64,000 nucleotides of DNA from Sulfurimonadaceae bacterium (lineage in GTDB: Bacteria > Campylobacterota > Campylobacteria > Campylobacterales > Sulfurimonadaceae). Shown here piece by piece: positions 31,413 through 39,800 of the stretch. Position 1 is the first letter of the stretch. Each line of letters opens with the position of its first letter. The position numbers were made by a program, and so were the translations under genes. The stretch spans positions 1 to 64,000 of the forward strand of contig JBFFUI010000006.1 of the NCBI GenBank assembly GCA_041571435.1, read 5' to 3'. The notes below the pieces were generated by a model. That model was not told the DNA's origin and ran no database searches. It saw only the letters and a program-made list of their open reading frames with translations.

Positions 31413-31757
31413 TTACGCTTTTTTTACAAATTCTTGTTTGAGTTTGATAGCTCCAACACCAGGGACTTTACAGTCAATATTGTGTCCATCACTCCCCTCA
31501 ACAAGACGGATACCCTTGACCTTAGTCCCTACTTTGATCCCATCGCTGCTTCCTTTGACCTTAAGGTCTTTTATGACAGTGACCGTATCGCCATCCTGAA
31601 GAATGTTACCATTAGCATCTCTTACGATCAACCCTTCCTCTTCTTCTGCTGCATCATTTTTAGACCACTCGTGTGCACATTCCGGGCAGACATAAAGCTC
31701 GCCGTCTTCGTAAGTATATTCGCTGCCGCACTGAGGGCATTTTGGTAGTTGTTCCAT
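31413..31757 (-). CDS. phnA: PhnA/YjdM zinc-ribbon protein
   Basis: [12 protein letters not shown]...[30 protein letters not shown]. Confidence 0.93.
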   Translation of the reverse strand: MEQLPKCPQCGSEYTYEDGELYVCPECAHEWSKNDAAEEEEGLIVRDANGNILQDGDTVTVIKDLKVKGSSDGIKVGTKVKGIRLVEGSDGHNIDCKVPGVGAIKLKQEFVKKA

Positions 31758-31875
31758 AGATGTTTCCTTAAATAGTTTCTAAAACGTATTATAGTGTTTT
31801 GACAAAAGAATTTGGCTTTAGCCGTGTTGCAATCTGCCCTAAACAGTTTGAAAATGCGGTTTATAGTCTTGTATG

Positions 31876-32382
31876 TTAGATGACGAGATAAGCAAGCGTG
31901 CTTACCGTTATGTAGCCGTATTTGACTATTGTGCGTATGATATCGTCTTCTCTGGCATTGAAGAGATCTAAAACAGCCTGTCGAATGGTAAAGGTATAGA
32001 GTATAAAGTAGAGTGTCGGGGTGATGTGGATATGCAGCGGATACTGGTCGACCCTTTTGCCAAAGTGTGACAAGACCGCATCTAACTGCGTGTAGATACC
32101 TAAAATTCCGAGTCCAGCATTGATAAACATCCACTTGACCTCTTCGTGGCCAAAGACCCCCAGATATAAGAGGATGTAGATGAGGAGGGCAAAGCCATCA
32201 AAAAAATAGAAATATGGTAGTATGCCTAACGGCACCAAACCCGAATACCATATTAGAAAACTCGTACCGCCAAATATCAGCATATGCAACAGAATGAAAG
32301 GGTAGATAAACCAAGGCCCATCTTCATTCTCACTAGTTTTAAACTATTTGCCGTTTATCGTGGTATAGCCGTCTAGTTTCAT
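31876..32382 (-). pseudogene. Membrane protein interrupted by an in-frame TAG at codon 13
   Basis: AAAAGGA RBS and ATG 32382: MKLDGYTTINGK*FKTSENEDGPWFIYPFILLHMLIF..., in frame with the ORF ending 31876; TAG at 32344-32346. Confidence 0.65.
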
Positions 32383-32414
32383 ATACGTCCTTTTATCAGA
32401 GTATACACTAACTG

Positions 32415-32939
32415 TTATGAAATAAACTCCAGCAGAGCGTTACGCGCTTCCGTGATCTGAACAAAATGTTCGTGGCTGCCGCCGACGTCGGGATGCGCCT
32501 TCTTGGCGAGCCGACGATAAGCGGCTTTGATCTGTGATGAGTTAAGCAGGCCACTGCTCGGTAGTTCCAGCAGTTCCCGATGCTGCTTCTCATCGAATTG
32601 CTTGAATTGGCTTGGGCGCCTACTTTTTTCTCTGTTGAACCGGGAAAGGTCTTCAAACAGCCGTTGCTGCGCTTCACGGCGTCTTTCGAGCGCTTCCTGA
32701 CGCAATCCTACCTGATCGTCTTTCCATTGTTGACGGGACATGACGGTACAGGCAGCGAAGTCGATCTGACCGTTTGTCTCGAGCGCATCAAGACTGACTG
32801 GGCCGACCATGTCGTAAGGCGCATCCAGCCAGGCATTTCTGCCGTCTGGGTCGTCTTCAATCCGGCAGATCGTGACGGTATCTACGATACCGTAAGCGCC
32901 ATTCCAGATGACCCATAGTTCTTCTTACTCATCATGCAT
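32415..32939 (-). pseudogene. J-domain protein interrupted by an in-frame TAA at codon 5
   Basis: GGAG RBS and ATG 32939: MHDE*EELWVIWNGAYG..., in frame with the C-terminal J domain (IKAAYRRLAKKAHPD); TAA at 32925-32927. Confidence 0.65.
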
Positions 32940-33040
32940 GATCTATCTCCAGCTGGACGTGTAAACGCGTTATCTATGATATGCAATATACGTACTAACA
33001 ATAGGAGCACACATCACAAGCTGGGCTGATCGAAATAGGG

Positions 33041-33691
33041 TTACAGCGAGGCGCTGAAGCGTTTGAGCAACGCCCTCTTCTCTTTGCTCTGCGGCAGATA
33101 CTGTTCAACAAGCGCATGAAAAGCGGCAGAGTGGTTCATGTGGACCATATGGGCAAGTTCGTGCACGACGACGTAGTCAATGCACTCTTTGGGTGTCTGT
33201 ATGAGGTGGATGTTGAAGGTGATGACGCCGCTGCTGCGGCAGTTGCCCCACTGGCGCTTCATGTGGCGCAGTTTCATCTCTTTTGGACTGAGTCCCATGA
33301 TGACCGAGAAGTACTCCAGACGCTCCTGCAGGTAGCATTGAGCCTCTCTCTTGTAGAATTTGTGGTAGTGTGAAGGTATCTGCTCTTCGGTGCTCTTGTC
33401 GCACTTCTCTTTGAGGTCGGCAAACCTGGGGTGGTACTCAAGCGGATAGGTCTCGCCGAAATAGAGGATCTCTTTTCCCTTGATGAGTCTCGGTTTTTCT
33501 GTGACTTTTTGAAGCGCCTTGCGTATCCACGCTTCTTTTTCATCGATGAGCGCAAAGACCCTTCGCTTACTGATCCTGTTGGAGCTTATCGTTACCTCGC
33601 CGTTGTCTGTGATGCGAAAATAGATGTTCTTTATCCTCGGTTTGACGATGTGTTCTACCGTAAACCCTTTGTAGCTGTACCTAGTCTTCAA
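33041..33691 (-). CDS. YgjP/DUF45 family zinc metallohydrolase
   Basis: MKRQWGNC, DYVVVHELAH..HMNHS..F; TTG 33691 behind AAGGAG. Confidence 0.88.
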   Translation of the reverse strand: MKTRYSYKGFTVEHIVKPRIKNIYFRITDNGEVTISSNRISKRRVFALIDEKEAWIRKALQKVTEKPRLIKGKEILYFGETYPLEYHPRFADLKEKCDKSTEEQIPSHYHKFYKREAQCYLQERLEYFSVIMGLSPKEMKLRHMKRQWGNCRSSGVITFNIHLIQTPKECIDYVVVHELAHMVHMNHSAAFHALVEQYLPQSKEKRALLKRFSASL

Positions 33692-34187
33692 GCATCTCCT
33701 TGATAACACGGTAGTGACACTCTTTCTCGTCGCGTTTCATGGCGGCATGGGCAGGCGAAGTCGAGGGAAGCAGTGTCGTCGGGATAGCGATGTCGCTGAA
33801 GTGTTTTTTGTACCCCTGCTCCGCTTTTCGGCCTGTGAAGAAGATATGCTTTATGTTCGGGTACTGTTTGAAAAAGGCATGAAAGTCGTTGGGCACAAGG
33901 TCTTTGAGGTTGGTGTCGCTTGAGTTGCCCTCTTCGCGGCGAAGGGACCCGTAGGTGTCCCACATGGCGATCCCTTTCTCGAGCGCAAATTCGCGCTTTT
34001 TTTCGTTGGAGTCGAGTTTGACATCGAAGAGACTCTCCATGATCGGCCAGAAAAGGTTTCTTGGGTGCGCGTAGTAGAAGTTCTCTTCAAACGACTTGAT
34101 GCTGGGAAAGGAGCCGAGAATGAGGACTTTGGAGTACTCATCGACAATGGCATCAAAAGGGTGGTCAAGTCGTTCGTTGGACATCAT
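33681..34187 (-). CDS. DNA-deoxyinosine glycosylase (UDG superfamily)
   Basis: LILGSFPS..S, YYAHPRN.FW, SSD, LPSTSPA. Confidence 0.88.
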   Translation of the reverse strand: MMSNERLDHPFDAIVDEYSKVLILGSFPSIKSFEENFYYAHPRNLFWPIMESLFDVKLDSNEKKREFALEKGIAMWDTYGSLRREEGNSSDTNLKDLVPNDFHAFFKQYPNIKHIFFTGRKAEQGYKKHFSDIAIPTTLLPSTSPAHAAMKRDEKECHYRVIKEMLED

Positions 34188-34212
34188 TACTCAATAATTT
34201 ACTATATAGTAA

Positions 34213-34884
34213 TCAATCGATCTCATAGTCGATCGGGTCTCTGACACCGGCGATCTTGAAACCGTTAAGGCGCAGTCGGCAACTGTCGCAGACACCGCAT
34301 GCTTTGTCTTCATTTTTGTAGCAGCTCCAGGTCATATGAAGCGGCACGTGGTGCGCCAGTGCCTCCTGGACGATCTCGGACTTTTTAAGGTGGACAAGCG
34401 GCATCTCTATGGTGATGTTAGTGCTCTCTTTGGTGCCGAGGTTGATGCTCTCTTGCATGCTTTTGATGTAGGACTCACGACAGTCCGGATAACCGCTGCT
34501 ATCCTCTTCGACGACACCGATGCAGATCACCTCGGCCACCTCTTTTTCAGCGATAGCTGCCGCCATGCTCAAAAAGATACCGTTGCGGAAAGGAACATAG
34601 GTTACGGGAACACCCTCTTCCACACCACCCGTCGGTACCTCGATGCTTTTGTCGGTCAGTGCCGACGCCCCAAGTTCTTTAAAAAACCCGATATCAAGGT
34701 CGTACTTGCTAACGGCACCGATGGTGTCGGCAATGGAATGAAAGGCCTCACGCTCTTTTTTCTCTGTGCGCTGGTCATAATTAAAATGGACCGCGATGAT
34801 CTCATAGCCCTTGTCCTTCATCAGGTAGGCACCCAGGGTCGAATCCATCCCACCGCTCATTATACAGACCGCTTTTTTACTCAT
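34213..34884 (-). CDS. queC: 7-cyano-7-deazaguanine synthase
   Basis: SGGMDST, YVPFRN, YPDCR, TWSCY...CGVCDSC. Confidence 0.96.
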   Translation of the reverse strand: MSKKAVCIMSGGMDSTLGAYLMKDKGYEIIAVHFNYDQRTEKKEREAFHSIADTIGAVSKYDLDIGFFKELGASALTDKSIEVPTGGVEEGVPVTYVPFRNGIFLSMAAAIAEKEVAEVICIGVVEEDSSGYPDCRESYIKSMQESINLGTKESTNITIEMPLVHLKKSEIVQEALAHHVPLHMTWSCYKNEDKACGVCDSCRLRLNGFKIAGVRDPIDYEID

Positions 34885-35165
34885 TCTTGACCTTCGCTGT
34901 TTTTATGGGCTAATTTTAGCACATCATAGGCCTCTTTGATACGTATGAACTGCTCAGGGTCGCTATTTGTCTTGGTATCGGGATGATAGAGCTTGGAGAG
35001 GTTCTTAAACTGTGTTTTAACCTCTTCAAAGTTCGCCTCTTTCGAGAGACCGAGCAACTTGTAGGCGTCGAGTATCTCCTGCGATGTAGGGGGCGCTTCG
35101 TAAAGACCTTCGTAAAAGGCCTCCTTGGTCTCTTTGACGAGCTTTTTAAAACGATCAAACAGCAC
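34881..35165 (-). CDS. Small J-domain protein
   Basis: AYKLLGL...LSKLYHPD...F.RIKEAY.VL. Confidence 0.88.
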   Translation of the reverse strand: MLFDRFKKLVKETKEAFYEGLYEAPPTSQEILDAYKLLGLSKEANFEEVKTQFKNLSKLYHPDTKTNSDPEQFIRIKEAYDVLKLAHKNSEGQE

Positions 35166-36840
35166 TGTTTTTTAGCCTCTCTAGTATTTTGTCAGCCACA
35201 CGAAAGGAGTTGGCGTAGATGGTCCATGTGTAGGGGACGCTGCCGCCGGTCGGCATAAAGCTGGCGTCGGTGACATAAAGGTTGGCCACTTCGTGCGCCT
35301 TGCAGTTAACATCCAGGACCGACGTTTCGGGGTCCTCTCCAAAACGGCATCCCCCGGCAACAAGGTTCGGCGGCGGTGCATCGGAGATGTTGGAAGCGAT
35401 CTCTTCACAACCGAGCGCTTCGAGCACTTTGACGGCTTTCTCTGCCAGGTAGTGTCCTACACGCAGGTCATGCGGATGGCCGTAGAGACGGACTTTGCCA
35501 ACAGGCATGCCCCACTTGTCTTTGACATCCTCATCGATACTTACAAAACAGTTGTCTGTCGGCAGCCAGTCGTTAAAGACCTCAAAGGTCATCACACGGG
35601 AACGCTCAAAAGCGTAGTGAAGATTTTTTGACAGTGTTTTGCCCCAGACAAGATCACCGCTGTCGTCATAGACCTGGTCCAAAGCTCTCGGAATGGCGTT
35701 AGCGTGCTCGAAAAGGAAGTCGATAGTCCCCCCTTTTAAGCGTCGGCCCCCCTCGTCATACTCATACCAGTCCTGAAGCGACCGGTTGACAAAGGCACCG
35801 CGCAGCAGCAGTGACTCCTGTCGTTCTTTTGGCAATTTCTCAAAGTTCAAACGTCCTGTACCGCTGCCGCCGGCAGAAAATATGAGGTTCTTGCCGACCA
35901 GCCCGCTGTTGTTAGCGAGACCGTTCGGAAAATGGGCGCTTTTCGAGTTCAGCAGCAGTCGTGAGCTCTCTATGGCTTGAGCCGCCAGCACATAGATCGT
36001 GGCCTCAACGGTGTGTGCATCACCGTTTTTGTCGTAGTAATGGACACCGCTTGCGCTGTTGTCACTGCTTTCGATCCTGTAGACAAAGGAGTCGGGCAGG
36101 ATCTCACAGTTTCCGGTTGCCACCGCTTTATCGAGCAGCGCCGATTTGGCATGGCTTTTCGCCCCTGTAGCACAGCCGTAACTGCCGCAGAGGTTGGAGT
36201 AAGAGCAGCCTCTGCGCTCCAGCGCGTCAAAAGGGATAATGGCGCGGGGTGTCGGCATGGCATAATAGCCGAGCTTGGCGCAGGATTCGTCAATCCATGA
36301 GGCGATAGGATGTTCCCATGTCGGCGGATAAGGGTAGTCGGCCGTAGACCGTCGTTCAAGATAGGGGTGGTAGACCATCTTGCCGGAGACGCCGACAACC
36401 TCTTCGACTTTGGTGTAGTATGGTTCCATCGTCTCATAATCGATGGGCCAGTCAACAACATTGGCACCTTCGACCTCGCCAAAAGCTGTTTTGAGTTTGA
36501 AATCGTTAGGCTTCATGCGGTGAAAGTAGCCGCTCATCAGATTTGAGGAGCCGCCGACCATGGAGCCGTTCCAGAAGTTCCATCCGCTCTCTCCGCCCGT
36601 CTCTTTGACGATGTTGCCCTCTCTATCAAAGGTCTCGACAACATGCTGTTCGTCCTTGAGGTTCGGCGTGTAGAGACTGCGTCTGGCAACGGCGATCTCA
36701 TCTTTTTTAAAATCATTCTCATTGTAGAGCGGCCCTTTTTCGAGGACAACAACCTTGAAACCGGCCTGTGCAAGCGTATAGGCGACAGGCGAACCGCCCG
36801 CTCCGCTGCCGATGATACAGATGTCTGCAGTTTTGATCAT
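35155..36840 (-). CDS. GMC family flavoprotein oxidoreductase, large subunit
   Basis: IIGSGAGG FAD motif, WPIDY, ESSRLLLNS, NLYVTDASFMPT. Confidence 0.92.
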   Translation of the reverse strand: MIKTADICIIGSGAGGSPVAYTLAQAGFKVVVLEKGPLYNENDFKKDEIAVARRSLYTPNLKDEQHVVETFDREGNIVKETGGESGWNFWNGSMVGGSSNLMSGYFHRMKPNDFKLKTAFGEVEGANVVDWPIDYETMEPYYTKVEEVVGVSGKMVYHPYLERRSTADYPYPPTWEHPIASWIDESCAKLGYYAMPTPRAIIPFDALERRGCSYSNLCGSYGCATGAKSHAKSALLDKAVATGNCEILPDSFVYRIESSDNSASGVHYYDKNGDAHTVEATIYVLAAQAIESSRLLLNSKSAHFPNGLANNSGLVGKNLIFSAGGSGTGRLNFEKLPKERQESLLLRGAFVNRSLQDWYEYDEGGRRLKGGTIDFLFEHANAIPRALDQVYDDSGDLVWGKTLSKNLHYAFERSRVMTFEVFNDWLPTDNCFVSIDEDVKDKWGMPVGKVRLYGHPHDLRVGHYLAEKAVKVLEALGCEEIASNISDAPPPNLVAGGCRFGEDPETSVLDVNCKAHEVANLYVTDASFMPTGGSVPYTWTIYANSFRVADKILERLKNSAV

Positions 36841-37349
36841 ATCGCCACCTCGTTAGGACGAGGAAAACCGGGTTCGTACGCCAGCCATTTCCAGCCGGCA
36901 CCGTCGACGTTGCCGCCATAGATCGGGTCGGAAAAGACCGTCTCAAAATAGTAGCTCATCACTCTGTAGAGCCACCGGTCGCCCCACCGCAGCATCGAGA
37001 TCTTTTTCAGCAGCGTCTCTATCTGCTCATGGTCGAGTTGAACAAAGTTCCTGTTGAACTCTTCGTTGGCAGTCTCGTTCAACCAGCGAGTACCGTTGAT
37101 AAGGTGTTCTCTCTCCTCGATATCAATGCGCCGGTCGCTCAAAACACCTTTAAAGTAACCGATGACGTTCAGTTTAGAGGTAACATAGCCGTCGGCATCG
37201 TTGAACATATGGTTTACAAGGACGTCGAAGATCTTATAGGTGTCGGTACCGACGTTGTTGGTTAAAGCGTACTTTTTGGCAGCGATACCGATAAGAAGTG
37301 CAGCGCCTGCAGCGCCGCCGTACTGGAAGAAGTGACGTCTGGTTATCAT
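36837..37349 (-). CDS. Gluconate 2-dehydrogenase subunit 3 family protein (Tat signal)
   Basis: TRRHFF twin-arginine signal; FSDPIYGGN...GWKWL.Y. Confidence 0.9.
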   Translation of the reverse strand: MITRRHFFQYGGAAGAALLIGIAAKKYALTNNVGTDTYKIFDVLVNHMFNDADGYVTSKLNVIGYFKGVLSDRRIDIEEREHLINGTRWLNETANEEFNRNFVQLDHEQIETLLKKISMLRWGDRWLYRVMSYYFETVFSDPIYGGNVDGAGWKWLAYEPGFPRPNEVAI

Positions 37350-37485
37350 CTGTTGATTGTAGCATAATGAAGATGACTTTGTATGGTTATAATGAAAGAT
37401 AAGACAGTTTTTGCTCCCGAAAACAGTGCCGACACATTAAGCAAATTTCTGTACCATTTCACTACTTAAAGAGAGAGGAAAAACG

Positions 37486-37899
37486 ATGCGACTTTCAGTT
37501 TTTACCAACACCAGACTTTTCACCCTTGAAGGCAGTGCCAAAGATATCTTTATGAACCTTGTTTTGACGCCAGATGAAAACAACCGGGTTCTGCCGGTGC
37601 AGGAGATCGACGACATGATGCGGTTGCGGGCCAAGAACCTGACATTGGGCGACGGCATCGACCAGATGATCAAAAACGAGATCATCGAGGCCTTTGAGGA
37701 CCTTAAAGAGGGCGACCGGTTTTTGATGAACCAAGCCTTTATTACCGATATCAAAAGTGCGGAAGCCGCTTACTACTGGCGGATAGTCGCCCTTTTAAAT
37801 GATGGTTCTAAACGGACACCGACTGAGGCTCAGGGGATCGCGCGTATGGGCGAACGCGAATTTGACATTCGCTATAAGAGTGCTGACGAAGCGAAGTAG
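37486..37899 (+). CDS. Hypothetical protein
   Basis: 137 aa ORF with GAGGA RBS. Confidence 0.7.
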   Translation: MRLSVFTNTRLFTLEGSAKDIFMNLVLTPDENNRVLPVQEIDDMMRLRAKNLTLGDGIDQMIKNEIIEAFEDLKEGDRFLMNQAFITDIKSAEAAYYWRIVALLNDGSKRTPTEAQGIARMGEREFDIRYKSADEAK

Positions 37900-37932
37900 G
37901 CCTTTTTAGTTGCACTTGGATAAAATACGCGC

Positions 37933-38355
37933 ATGATTGATTTAGATAATAGAACCGCCGTTAGCGTGGATATCGAGATGCTTGAGCGTATCGCGGCAAC
38001 GTTGAGCGATAAAGATATAGAACTGATCCTGACAGATGATGCGGAGATGGCAGCACTTAACCAAGAAAGCCGCGGCATTGCCAAGTCGACTGATGTACTG
38101 AGCTTTCCGATGATGGAGATGCCCGGAGCACCGCTTGGCAGCATCGTGATCTCTGAAGATTTTGTCACAGCCGGGGCTGAGAAGTTCGGACACACAAAAG
38201 ATGACGAACGTGCCCTGCTCTTCATTCATGGCATGCTGCATCTTATGGGGTATGACCATGAGGTCGATAACGGCGAAATGCGTGAAAAAGAGCATGAAAC
38301 ACTTCAGGCCTTTGGTCTGCCTGAGAGTTTAATCGTAAGAACGGAGAAGATGTAA
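37933..38355 (+). CDS. ybeY: rRNA maturation endoribonuclease
   Basis: TDVLSFP, IHGMLHLMGYDH. Confidence 0.96.
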   Translation: MIDLDNRTAVSVDIEMLERIAATLSDKDIELILTDDAEMAALNQESRGIAKSTDVLSFPMMEMPGAPLGSIVISEDFVTAGAEKFGHTKDDERALLFIHGMLHLMGYDHEVDNGEMREKEHETLQAFGLPESLIVRTEKM

Positions 38356-39287
38356 TGGATTTTGTAATATTTATAGCGGCGATGAGCGCACTGATCTTCG
38401 GTGCAGATTTTATTATCCGAGAGTCGGAGCGTATTGCCCTGCACTTTAACATCTCCCATTTTGTGATCGGTGCAACGTTGATCGCCCTTGGAACCTCTCT
38501 GCCCGAAATGGCCGCTTCGATGATGGCGAGCTATGAAGGCAAAAGTGACATGGCCGTTGCCAATGTGATCGGTAGTGTCACCTTCAACATCACCTTGGTT
38601 CTGGGTGTTGTGTTTCTGATCGCCAAGAAGATCATGCCTTCACGTGATCTCTTTTCACTTGACAGCGCTTGGATCATTATGCCGCCGATGATCTTTTTTC
38701 TCATGATCCAAGACGGTGTTATCAGTCGTGTTGACGGAGCACTCTTTATATTGATCATGGTCGCTTACCTGGTCTTCTTGTTTACCAGTGCCAAAGATGA
38801 GTTTGAGGTTGAGATTGATGAGGAACTTGAAAAAGAAAAGTTTAACTGGTTCAAGACTATGCTGCTACTGAGTGCGGGTTTTATACTGACGATCGGCGGT
38901 GCAAATTTTGTTGTCGAGAGCGGCAGTAATATTGCCAGAATGTTTGAGGTCAGTGAATGGATCATCGGTCTCTTGCTGATCGCATTGGGGACGTCACTTC
39001 CGGAACTTGTCGTCTCTTTAGTGGCGATCAAAAAAGGCAATGCCGACATGAGCATCGGTAATATTATCGGCTCCAACGTCGCCAACTTTTCAATGGTTAT
39101 CGGTGGTGCATCACTGCTCAACCCTTTGAACACAGCAGGTGCTTCCAATTTTGACCTTTATATCCTGGCGGCTGCCAGTGTCGCGCTCTTTTTACTGCTT
39201 GCCAATAAACTCTACAACAAAGCAGGTGCAATATTTCTACTGACCATTCTCGTACTGTTCCTTCAAAACGCCCTTGTCAACCTCTAG
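38355..39287 (+). CDS. Calcium/sodium antiporter (YrbG-like)
   Basis: Two GTSLPE alpha repeats, GNIIGSN. Confidence 0.92.
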   Translation: MDFVIFIAAMSALIFGADFIIRESERIALHFNISHFVIGATLIALGTSLPEMAASMMASYEGKSDMAVANVIGSVTFNITLVLGVVFLIAKKIMPSRDLFSLDSAWIIMPPMIFFLMIQDGVISRVDGALFILIMVAYLVFLFTSAKDEFEVEIDEELEKEKFNWFKTMLLLSAGFILTIGGANFVVESGSNIARMFEVSEWIIGLLLIALGTSLPELVVSLVAIKKGNADMSIGNIIGSNVANFSMVIGGASLLNPLNTAGASNFDLYILAAASVALFLLLANKLYNKAGAIFLLTILVLFLQNALVNL

Positions 39288-39457
39288 AACAATGTTCTTC
39301 TCCGGCATCCCGGTTCAGGGGTGTTTATACCACTTTTTCATGGGCTAAATTATAGACAGCATTGTTATCAAAACGGTTAAATAACGTGGTATACTACACG
39401 CATAAAATTAAAACATACTTCCGATACAATGGGGAGTACTCTAAAGAGGAAATTATT

Positions 39458-39736
39458 ATGAAATTGATCAAAGTAAGTCTAATTGCGGCAACACTGCTGT
39501 TTACAACTTCTGTCTACGGCGGCGCTGAAGAGGGAAAAGAGATGTTTAACGAAGCCAAGTGTATCGAGTGCCACAATACAAGTGACTTCAAAAACTCTAA
39601 AAAAGTCCACTCCTTTAAACAGCTGGAGGCACGTGTTCAGGCGTGTCAGTTGAACTCGGATGCAGGCTGGTTTGATGAAGACGTTACCGATGTGGCCGAC
39701 TATCTGAACCATGACTTTTACAAATTTAAAAAGTAA
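39458..39736 (+). CDS. Small periplasmic monoheme cytochrome c
   Basis: Signal peptide, CIECH; ATG 39458 behind GAGGA. Confidence 0.88.
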   Translation: MKLIKVSLIAATLLFTTSVYGGAEEGKEMFNEAKCIECHNTSDFKNSKKVHSFKQLEARVQACQLNSDAGWFDEDVTDVADYLNHDFYKFKK

Positions 39737-39753
39737 TCACCACGATACCCTGC

Positions 39754-39781
39754 AAAACGCCTGCAACGACGGCGGCGTTTT
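39754..39781. terminator. Probable bidirectional terminator between the cytochrome c gene and mrdA
   Basis: AAAACGCC-N12-GGCGTTTT between convergent genes. Confidence 0.6.
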
Positions 39782-39800
39782 CGCTGCTTCCCCCCCCCTG

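Noticed and set aside
32344-32346. In-frame TAG as pyrrolysine or recoded stop
   Set aside because: TAG terminates many normal genes here (for example fumC, gltA, recN) and no pyl genes are in the window
34213-34884. QueC (with TatD elsewhere) as a Qat-type or Dpd defence system
   Set aside because: Canonical-length QueC with all standard motifs; tatD is 12 kb away in a housekeeping operon
39790-39798. C9 homopolymer as a phase-variation tract
   Set aside because: Intergenic between two convergent stop codons, so it cannot shift a frame or promoter spacing
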